Below are positions 11,529-22,729 of a DNA stretch of 64,000 nt, in pieces (position 1 is the stretch's first letter; each line of letters begins with the position of its first letter). The notes beneath the pieces were generated by a model that made no database searches, was not told where the DNA came from, and saw nothing but the letters and a program-made list of their open reading frames with translations. Source of the DNA: Paramecium tetraurelia (lineage: Eukaryota); NCBI GenBank assembly GCA_000165425.1, contig CT868174.1, positions 248,001 to 312,000 on the forward strand, read 5' to 3'. A program made the translations under genes and the position numbers.

Positions 11529-14500
11529 TCATTTTTTTCCAATTATTGCCCTTATTCTCTCCAAATCCACATCTTCTATTTAATAATGTTAAACTTCTTC
11601 CAATGTTTACAAAGTCTTCGAACCTGTTCCCACCTTCACCACTAAGTATGCCTAAGCCTTGCTTCCATGAATGTACATTTTAATCTCCTCACTTGATTGT
11701 TTCTCGTGTAATCTTATTAATTCACTACTATTCATAAAACATGAACCCAAGATCTCTCTCTCTGCTCCTGAATTCAGAACTCTGAATTCCAAATTACAAT
11801 TAGCTTCCAACCCTACACTAAAACAATAATTGTAAGTCGGATTGCTTTCTCTCACTTGCACTGGAGTTCTATATGATTAATCTCCCAACACCATTTAAAT
11901 AACTGGATTGGGAGCCTTATTTTGATTCAATAAATGTAAGTTTTAAGCCCTTACTATTTGTATTACTATCTCATTTATTTATTGGACCTCAATATTCAAA
12001 TTAATTTTTGATAGGAATACTGAAAAGTCAAATTGATTTAAATATTTATAACCATTCTTGTCAAACACATTGGGTTTTGTGAATAGAGAATATGATTTCT
12101 CACTGAAATTTACTATGTAAAAGGAATCTAACAATTGCTTTGCCTTCTTCTCCTCCATAAACCCATTATTAGATAATTTATATACTTCTTCAATCAAGTC
12201 CCATGTTAAATTTTACTCTGACAAGAAGAAATTCTATTTATTGAAGTGATATCCTATCTGATCACTCAGAAATGCATATTCGTTGTTATTAACTAATTTC
12301 GAAATGTATTCATATAGCTATCTGTCAATCTTATAATTCTATTGCAATTCATTCAATTTCTAGCAACCATATATTTGATTTTAGGAATAAAATTTCACAA
12401 AATTTGGAATCATTTCCTCATACTCATTAATTAACATCAGCTTAATGCCGACTCTGCTAATAAAACAGTCATAATTAATTGTGAAATATTCATTCATGCA
12501 TATAAATCTACTATCAATTTAACTTTGAGTCAAATGATTAAACTTTATATTTAAATCTCCTAACTTAACATCCTTCAATTGATTAGCAGCATTCTTCTTA
12601 CTAAAATATACAGTTATTGTTAACTCCTAATAAGATTGCATTTCCACTGCTAAGAATGACTATGCCAATTAACAGGACAATTCTAGTATAAAAATTAATA
12701 TTACTCTTTTTATCGATTTGTTCAGGGTTGGTTTAATGAGTTTTCCCATTGAGTTTCAAGACAAAGTACAGAAAACCAGTGTCATTGCCTGCTGGTTTTA
12801 ACAATTAAGAAATGTTAATAATGATCTCTCTAATTGAAATCATACAAGTAATCTATTTTAATCTTTCTTCCTACTCTTTCTCCTTTAATATTGCCTATTG
12901 TTGAACCAAAGGAATTTTGTATTTATTCAATTGGCATTTCAATTTAGCAATTCCAACAAATAAACCAAATGAGTTAGTTAACGCAAATTCACCTTCAATT
13001 TACCCTCTTAGCAATTAAGTTTACATCAATTCACATTTTCCAATAAGATTTTAAGTATTGCTCGACACTTGTATGATCATTTATTATGCTGATAACGCTT
13101 AGATCAATTCATTATCAACTTACAATTGTTTTTCTTCATTTATTATAACAGTCTTTTAACCTTATTATTTAGATCTAAATTAAGTAAAATACTTACATCT
13201 ATGCAGTAAAATTGACAGCTGAATAAATATCCACCTTGATTATTTTATCTTCAAATTTAAGTGCCTTATCATTTAGAGTTACTTCAGCATAGACATTTAA
13301 TCCTACTCTTTTAGGCAAATGAATTTCTTGATGGGTTTGATTATGACTGGATAACAATTCTGGATTCGAGGAAAGTTATTATTAAGTTATCTTCTATCTA
13401 GAATAGTTGATATTAAAACTAAGCTTAGCATTTACAGGCATAAACACTAAGACTTTATCTTTAACCAAATCTGAATTCCTTTCCATCCAACTGACTATCT
13501 CTTAACAAGAAAGGAAAGTTTAAGCCAAGCTTTGTTCATCAGTCTTTAGTCTAAAATATATACCTCCTTCTATTGAGTCAACAACATCAATAAATTTAGT
13601 ATTTTGTTCAATTTATTAAATATATGTGTAAGTAGACTCTGAAGGACATTGATATTGAGTTTACTTTGAGTAAATTAAAGGGTATGATTTGATTATTTAT
13701 TCACATAGCGGATATTTATATTCAACACAAAGTTGAGTACCATAAGGAATCGATAATTTCAAATTTTAGATTTCTTTTAGAGTGATACTAAATTTATGCA
13801 CATAAAATTCAAGGTTCTTATTCTCTTGATTTTAATTTTCCTTATCCTCCAAATCAAATTACTTTGGTTTATTCTACACAACAGGAGGTTTAACTTCCTC
13901 TTATTTGATCGAAAACCAATCTTGCAATAGTGATTTCTATATCTCCCAATCCTGTAATACAAAATTATTGTTCTTGACTTTAATGAATCTGAATATACAA
14001 TACACTTCCCAAAATGATACATTAATTAGGCATTGATTAAACATTTCTTGTACTTCTTCAATATTGAGAGTCAACTTTGTCACTTCATCTAGTTGTATAA
14101 TTTATGCCTTCTATAATATTGAACTTTAGATTGCTAAACAATACCAAAATTCATTTATCTCTTCTAATTTTACATAATTGAATTACACAAACTAACATGT
14201 TAATTCATATAATAATTTAATTGAAACCAATCTTCTATCCTGAGGTTGCCCCAAGAAATATCCAAAGAACTCAAAATCAAAGTCAGGAATGTATTACTCT
14301 AATTTTGATCTTTCCATTATTCCATAATCACTCTTTTGTAGAATTTTACCTACATACTCAAGAGGATCCTATCGCTAATCAATTAGATATTAAATGAATT
14401 TCTTAATCTATTTGTTTACTTCTACGGATATTCTAGGCCTAAAAATGTTGAATGCAGTTAGACTATTAAGCATATGCTCTTTTTTTATTGAATGCTAATT

Positions 14501-16651
14501 CTTGAAATCAAAGATTCTTATGAATGCAAATAGAGCTTCCTCAGTTATGTTGATGAATTGTAATTATTCAACACTAAAAAATTGCCCCTTAGGAATGTTT
14601 TTTTAAAATTAATTATCATTCTTATTTAGATATTACAAAACCTCAATTATAGATTAGTGTATATTATCAACCAATTCAAAATTGAAATATTCATATCTCT
14701 CCTAAAAAGTTAGTTCTCTTGGAATTTCTTCCATTTAAATTTCTTGATCAACTTTTTTCTTTTCCTATTCTTATTATGGTTCCTCATATTGATTTCCCAC
14801 CTCTTGAATGCTTTTTGTATAGATGTTTTCTATTTTGATTTTGTTTATCTGTGCTGGAATACCAAATGCAATTAAAACATGAATTGAACCAACTTGTAAA
14901 GAATCTCTAATCTTTCTAATTGGATGTTGTTCATCGGATATTATCAATGGATAGATATTCTTAAAGATATTAGCATTAAATTCCTAAGCCTCATTAATCA
15001 GAATTTCATGAATTGATTTCAATGGTATTCTAATCATACCCAACAACTCCTTTTCTTTCCATACTTCAACGATGAAAGGAGAAATTTCAATCTTTTAGAA
15101 CGAATCAAAATTTAAAGGAGTAATAACCTAATAATTCAAATACACTGAATCATTTATTGATGATTAGAAGAAATCATTTGAACCAGGAATTTTGAATCTG
15201 CAATTAATTTTATCTACTCCCACTATTTTACCTAATCTAATCAATAGAGTTGGGTTAAATGAATGATAATGATAATAGATTGGTTGATCAATAAAATTTT
15301 ATTACTCTTGATTTCTAATTAAAGATGCTTTTAATCTAATCTCTCCAAGTCTATTTTATTATTGAATTTAATATTCATTCAATAAATCTTTGTTTACTAC
15401 GCTGTATTATAAACCCGAATTTTGGGAAGTGTTGCTTCTATCGAAAGGTAAATTTGTGTTGATTATGATATAAAACTCCTCATTTGAAATTGCTTTAACT
15501 ATTTGAAATTAACCTTCACCGAGTGTAATTTTAAAATACTTATGATCATCAGAATTTTCTGGTTTTCTATAGCATTGTATTAAAAATTTTATTTAATCAA
15601 CCTAAAAATCTTGAAAAGAAGATTCATTAATAAACACATCAAATTCTACAGCCTCATTTATTGAATATAAATCCTATCCTTAAGATTTAAAAAATGTCCT
15701 TTTTTGTTAATTTTTGAATTAGCAATCAATAAAAATATTATTTAAATTTATTGCATTCAATTTCTATTACACTTATTAAGAATAAGCATGAAAATCAATT
15801 AGTTCTAGCTTTAGTTTTCGATAAGAATCAAAGAATTTATCATAATTAAAATTTTAAGTTGTATAGTTTTAAGGAGGAGTCTTGACTTCCTCTTATATAG
15901 TTTGAACTCCTCTAGTTTCTATTTGATAGGTTGTTTTAACTTATAATGGTTTTTGGACTGGTTCTTATTAAGGGGGGATTTCAGATTATTTATGTTGAGG
16001 TTTTTCTGCTTGTTCAATAGGTGATTAATTTCTGTTTGATTTAAATTTAGGTGGATTAGGTTTAGTATTTTCTGGTTTATTGGAATATCTATATTAAGTT
16101 GGAGAATTATTGTAATGTCCACTATTAGGCTTAGAATTTCTAAATGGTTCTTATTATTTAGAAATAGAGTGGCTTTTTTTATTACTACTATTTTCTTATT
16201 AATTCTATTGATTAGATACAGAGTCAGATCTTTTCTACTTTTAGGGACAACAATTAATACAATGAACTGAACTCAATATCTATTCTATTCTAGTTGAAAC
16301 ATCATCAACAAATTTAACATTTCCTTAAACTTTAGTTTTTTAACCACTCAAATTTTAATCCTACTTAGAAGGACTCATTTTTTAAATTGAAACATCATTA
16401 TTGACATTTTACTAGTTTTAATTTTAATTGGTTTATTCACTCTAATGTTAATTGATATTAGATTCCGGATCAATATAATTATTTCCTTAATAATAATTAT
16501 TTGGATTGACTTCTGCATTTTTTTGGAATGGGTTATTAGCAAATAAAACATTAGCTAGTTTTTAATCTGGATTTTATTATAACCAAGCTTCTTTTTCAGT
16601 TGGAAAAATGACATTAATTTAAGGATATTAAGTCTATTTATTTTATTGTTA

Positions 16652-16708
<57 letters not shown>

Positions 16709-17317
16709 TTTTATCATGATATGTTATAATTATTAAATGTTATTGGATTGATTTAATTAAGCACATAATTCTATTTATTATTATAGTAGTATAAATTTTG
16801 AATTTACTTCGATATTCTGATATCCAATTTTATATTCCTTATTCTCAGGCATTTCTGGGAAGTATTTATAAATTGGATATTATCCTGAAATGTTATGAAA
16901 TACCTAATTTTTAGATAAGTCTTTATTCAAATGTCTTGCAAAATTAATGATAATGTATCCAAAAATTTAAAACTTATCCTCTGAATCCACAAGATAAATC
17001 ATAACTTTTTCAGCCTCATTCAAATATTTATGAAATTAAATAATCGGAACTCGAATGTCATACTTCAATTCACTTGAGTATTGCAAATTTTAGTTTACTG
17101 CTTATACTAATAGTCCATCTCCTTCCTATCCCCAAAAAGAGATACGATAGACTAAATTGCCAGAATGAGGGTTTGAATCTTGAATCCATTAGACCTTACT
17201 CATTTTAATACAAAATTCTCCAAATGATTTATCTGACCCTTTGTCAGTTCCTGGTGGCAGAATGGTTGTACTTTGAATCATTTATCTGATTTGTTTTGGT
17301 TTAATCTTGGGTGGCAT
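11529..17317 (-). CDS. C2CD3: Large multi-C2-domain protein, C2CD3-like (centriole/basal body)
   Basis: N-terminus ILPPG..FCIKMSKVQW..YRISFWGQEGDGLL..KYDIRVPIIQFHKYL resembles the C2CD3 N-terminal C2 domain. C-terminal C2 domain (VQVRESNPTYNY) and DLERIRAII tail. Internal exon structure not fully checked. Confidence 0.75.
16643..16705 (-). repeat. (TAA)n microsatellite encoding a 21-Gln tract inside the C2CD3-like CDS
   Basis: 17 consecutive TAA codons followed by CAA TAA CAA TAA in the coding frame. Confidence 0.85.
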
Positions 17318-17414
17318 TTAATTCAAATTTTGTTGTTAATTTAATATTAAATTGCATAAAGCATAAACTTGCTACAATAGTTATATATTATTTAATAATT
17401 AATAACTTCGAAAA

Positions 17415-19867
17415 ATGCTAGATGATGATGAGGATTAAGTAATAATAGTTGAAGACGATTCTCCAAGGGAATAGAATAATAAGTAAAAATCTAAGAAACA
17501 ATAAGAGAAATAATAAAGTAATATGGATAGGATTTTAAATGCGAATAATCCCTTAATACAACAAATTACAATATGTGAATAGGCAGTTTAATAGAGAGTT
17601 CATATTGATTAGTTTATAACTAGATTTTCTAAGGACCAGAATAGTGTATTCATAAATATAATGTATATTTTAGGCATTGTAATATTTGATTGAAAATTAA
17701 GTTATTGAGAACACGAATGAAGACAAAGCCAAGGTGCTTATGAATACAAAGGGATTGAACAAGGATGCAATAAACAAATATTTTTGTAAGCCAGATCAAA
17801 AGAACTAAGAGATTTTTGAGGCTTATTGTCATCTTATGAATTTAAAAGGGAAAAGTTATTTAGATTCAATGAGATTATTATTGAGTAGATTTCGATTAGC
17901 AGGAGAAGCATAAATGGTGGATAGAGTTGTCAAAATATTTGCAAGAGTATATCATTAATAAAATCCCAACGAATTTAAGTCAGATGAAACACCCTATGTA
18001 TTGGCTTATTCATTCATAATGTTATCTACTGATGCTGCTTCTACTAAAATCTTAGAGAAGAATAAGATGACAAAGGAACAATTCTTAAAAAACAATATTC
18101 CAGTATTTCCAGATATACCACCTAAATACTTTGAGGAGGTTTATGACTCAATAACGAGAGAACCCTTTCAAACTACGCTGGATTATTTAGAATAGATGTA
18201 CAATCGTATGATTCTCTGTAACGAGAAACTACAAGGAGAGCAAATAACGAAATGGCTGTAAGTAGCCTTTGATCTAATGAAAGGATGTAATTTGGTCAAA
18301 TATGGCAGATACAATGGGGGATAGCCAAGGAAATTCTTCTTAAGCAGCGATGAAAAGTAATTCAATAAATGATTAATTAAGACGTATATGTTGGAGATCG
18401 ATAGATAATGATAATGAACCAGCAAGATACATTAATATGTGTGATGTACATGACATAGCTTTGGGACACAATACAACTGAAATCATGATTAAGAATAAAA
18501 TTCCCCCAGAATTTGACATGTTTTGTTTTTCAATAATTACAATTCGTAGATCAGTGGATATCAAAGTGAATGATTTGGAAATTAAATCAAAATGGATCAA
18601 TTACTTAAGAGCAGTCATTATAAATCGTAGAGAGGTGGAAGCCAAGAGAGCAGAAGAGAAATAAAGAAGATAGGAGAATGAGGAGAAGAGATCAGAAATA
18701 TGGAGAAATGACATCTTACCATTCTGGCGTTCGCATTGGGATTATGAACCCAATAAACCTTTGAGTTATAAGTAGTACATTAGTGTCAAAAAAGAAGAAG
18801 CTGTTTAGAAAGCTTAGAATCAGGCTAATTCTTCCAGTGTATTAGAAAGCTTATGTCGTTGTCTGAAGAAGACTATCTCATTAAATCCTATATAGAATAG
18901 ACAACAAATACAAAACTAACATTACAGCAATCAATCTGAAGTCAATAATGGAAGCAATATCTAATAGGAGATGATTGTGCAAGGAAAGAAAAATAAGTCA
19001 ATGTTACTCATGATCTTATGGAAACTTGGATTACCTGATTTTACAAGGAGAACTCTATGGCCCATCATTATAGGTAATAACCTTAAAATCAGAGAAGAAC
19101 TCTATGCTTACTATGTTAAAGACTCTAAAATCATTTAAGAATGTATAGTTATAATCAATATGTAGCCATTAGAGGGGATATCGAAAGGGCAAAGCAACAA
19201 TATCCTTTCATTACTGATGTCAAAGCCAAGGAGTTGTCAAATATCTTGCATGCCTTCAGTAATTATAGACCAGATTTCGGATACATACCAGATTTAATAG
19301 ATATTGCAGTAGTTCTTATCAAGCATTTGCAAGAATATGATTGTTTCTAGGCCTTGGTCAATCTACTCCATTAATATCATTTCCTGAGTGTTTTTTAAAA
19401 TGATATAAGATAAATCGAATGGAGACTGCGATTCTTTGAGGAGAACCTATAAAGAATTCTACCTTTTGTACATAACCATCTCAAGGCCATTAAATTAGAA
19501 ACAAAGCTCTATTTAATGAAATGGTTTTTGAAAATATTCTTACATCAATTCAAATTTCCCATGCTTTCAAGATTATGGGATAATTTTCTGTTGGAAGGAG
19601 AGATCTACTTATTCAAAGTTGGAATTTGTTATTTGAAATATTTCTAGATAGAGTTGAAAGTAAGAATGAATGAATATCATTTAGATGAGTAATTTGGATG
19701 AAGTTGTGCGAATTCTGACAAATTGGTAGCCAGAAGTGAACGAGGATTACTTTTTCATATAAATTGATGAAATTCCGATTAAGGATGATGATTATACTAA
19801 GTTTTTGGAATAATAAAATGCAGCAGTACTAAATACATAAATTCATTAAACTTTAATTGATTCTTGA
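17415..19867 (+). CDS. Sec7 (Arf-GEF) + PH + TBC (Rab-GAP) protein, alveolate TBS-type
   Basis: Sec7 FRLAGEAQMVDRVV and LAYSFIMLSTD; PH-like FSIITIRRSVDIKVNDLEIKSKWINYL; TBC GLPDFTRRTLWPIIIG, IRGDIERA, YRPDFGY, MKWFL, RLWDNFLLEG. Confidence 0.9.
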
Positions 19868-19894
19868 TATTAATTTTACACGTTTAATTAATTA

Positions 19895-20709
19895 ATGTTA
19901 ATTCCAATTATTTTCCTCTTAGCTCTGGCAAAATGTCAAGATGATACTATTCATCAAGATGGTATCGAAACAATTCAGGAGATCTCTCCTGAAGAACAAC
20001 TCAGATTGTTGTAGGAATAGAAATTAAAGAAGGAAAGAGATACAATTTATTATACGTGTATCATTTTAGCCAGAATGCACTTGGGAAATTATGGAAGTGA
20101 ACTTGTTGAAATTGTAGATAAGTGAATATTTATTATTAATAATAGTTAAGCTTCTAAGGTGGAACAATAAAATGTTTGGATCAAATTATATACCACTCAT
20201 GCAATTTCATGTTCCAAGTAGCTCACTTATGATGAAAGTGTTTAAGTGTTATTATAAGTGAGAGCGGAGGAGTTTGATCATTCAAGATTGCCTGCTTTGT
20301 TTTAGGAGATTGATTTCAATCAATTCAGAAACGGTTCTTGGGAAAGAGAAATCAGTGATTAGGAGAATGCAGTGTGGAAATACATTGAAGTATATTGAAT
20401 TGTTGAAAATGATAGGACTTTGAATCTGCATTGGCTGAAGATTCGAATAAGAAAAAACAATTGGAGAGAGAGAGAGACGACGATTATGATGACTTGGATC
20501 TAGAGTACTTGAAGATTGCTGCTCAGTAGACAAAAGGAAAACATAGAATATTACAAGATTATCAACCAAAATTACAAAAAGCCAACTTCTCAGATATTCT
20601 ATTCTTAATACTTGTTTTTCTTTGCATAGGAGCAGGTATAATGTGGATCATAAGGAAATTAAGTTCAGCAGATGAGTAATCGAAAAAGAAGAAAACTAAA
20701 CAGAATTGA
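19895..20709 (+). CDS. Type I membrane protein of unknown function with KxKxx tail
   Basis: Signal peptide MLIPIIFLLALAKC; TM ILFLILVFLCIGAGIMWII; C-terminus KKKKTKQN*; two short introns. Confidence 0.8.
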
Positions 20710-20801
20710 TTTGTTTTTGTATAATCTTTTAAAGTATTATATTTAAATGTGATTTAACTTAACTCATTCATTTTTGCACGTTGTAAATATTTATTTATTT
20801 A

Positions 20802-22411
20802 ATGAGCAAAATATCGAAAGAAGCATTCGAATATCTTAATAAACTCAGACAAAATCCTTAAATTGCCATCCAAAAGTTGTAGGAACATCTTAAATTGTTC
20901 AAAGGAAATGTTGTATATAAGCCAGGAGAGATCCCTTTATAAACCAATGAAGGGCCAAAAGTTGTCAATGGTTAATAATTTATGCTATATATTTTCAGAA
21001 TGCATCTCCTTCTTACAGAATCAAAAGCCTGTTGGTCCATTGACTTGGAGTAAGGGTTTGGAATGCGCAGCTAGAGATCATGTCAAAGATACAGGACCAA
21101 GAGGTGTTACAGGCCATACCGGTACAGATGGATCATCAATGAGTGATAGAATTGAAAGATATGGTGAGTGGGATGTGACAATAGGTGAAAATATCAGTTA
21201 TGGTCAAACAACTGGAGAAGATGGTATTTCTATCCAATATATGAACATAGTCATAATCTAATTGATTATTGATGATGGTGTATCGTCAAGAGGACATAGA
21301 AAAAATTGTTTCAAAGCAGAATTCGGAGCAGTCGGCATTTTCGATGGTGATCATAAATAATTCAAAACTCAATGTGTTTTTGATTTTGCAGGCTCTTTCT
21401 AAGATTAAGCTGGCTCAGATTCTAATGGAAATTCATAATAAGGTGGAGCTTCATAAAATGAGGGAGGTTAAAGTGCCCCAATGCAATCCAGAGAATAAGC
21501 ACCTCCTGCTAAAGCATAATCCAAAGATCCTGATGATAAGATTGCCAAAGACGCTTTTGGTTATTTGAATCAAGTTAGGTAAAATCCAACTCTCCCCATA
21601 CCTAAGTTATAGGAACTGATGAAGTTATTCAAGGGTAGCGTACTTTACAAACCTGGGGAGATTCCATTATAAACTAATGAGGGCACTAAGGTTATCCAAG
21701 GTATAAATAACGAATTATTATTAGAATTAATTGCATTTTTATAAAAACAATAACCTCTTCAACCTTTGACATATGACTAGGGATTGGAGTAAGCTTGTAT
21801 TGATCATGTTAACGATACAGGTCCAAAAGGTGTATGTGGTCACACTGGTACTGATGGTTCATCTCTATCTGACAGAATTGAAAGGTATGGAGAATGGAAC
21901 GGTAAAATCGGAGAAAATATCAGTTATGGCCAAAAGAGTGGGGAGGATGTGATCATCTAATTATTAATTGATGATGGAGTAGGCACAAGAGGACATAGAA
22001 AAAACTGTTTGAGTCCTGACTTCTTGTTAGTTGGAATAGCAGCAGGAGACCATAAATAATATTAGACTTAATGTGTCTTTGATTTTGCAGGTGAATTTAC
22101 TCCAAAGGGAGCACAAGGTTAAAAGCCCAAAGCACAATAATCGCAACCCTAAAATATGAAAGATTAAATGAAAAACATGATGTTAGGAGGCAAAGGTGGT
22201 AACGTAGGTCCTCTACTTCCACAAGATGAAGAAGAAGGTATTCAAGTTTATTAGATTCTTTTTAGAAAAGTTGCCCCCAGGATGCGTTTCAGTTAGTACT
22301 TCAACTGCTATCTCTATTAAGAATGGACAAAAAATAACAAAAATAACTAAGACCTATAAATTTAAGGATGGATCAAGCAAAACTTCAGTTTAAACTCTAA
22401 CCGAAGGTTGA
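20802..22411 (+). CDS. Protein with two tandem CAP/SCP domains
   Basis: Two copies of AFxYLNxxRQNP...DHVxDTGPxG..GHTGTDGSS..RIERYGEW...GENISYGQ..LIIDDGV..RGHRKNC; four short introns. Confidence 0.92.
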
Positions 22412-22729
22412 TAGCAATGTATATCAATAAATAGATATAAAAAAAATATTATAAAATGTATAAAAACTCACCAAAATTGGCTACAAACCTGCTTAATTCA
22501 AGCCATCCTTATGCTAATCTTAACTCTTACGTTCCCATTTGAAGGATGACCCAAAGGGTTCCAATTCCATTATATGTTCATTATTTTAAGTAGTAGAAGC
22601 ACACATTTACATTACTTTATGGGTTTATCAAAATAACACCAAATGAAGATTGCTATTAAATATCTATGGATTTCTTTTGTTTATTTTTAATTCTCTTTAT
22701 ATTTGATAATTAACAAAATAAAATTTCAA

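Noticed and set aside
22500..22580. U6 snRNA gene
   Set aside because: Only short word matches; the ACAGAGA box and internal stem-loop are missing.
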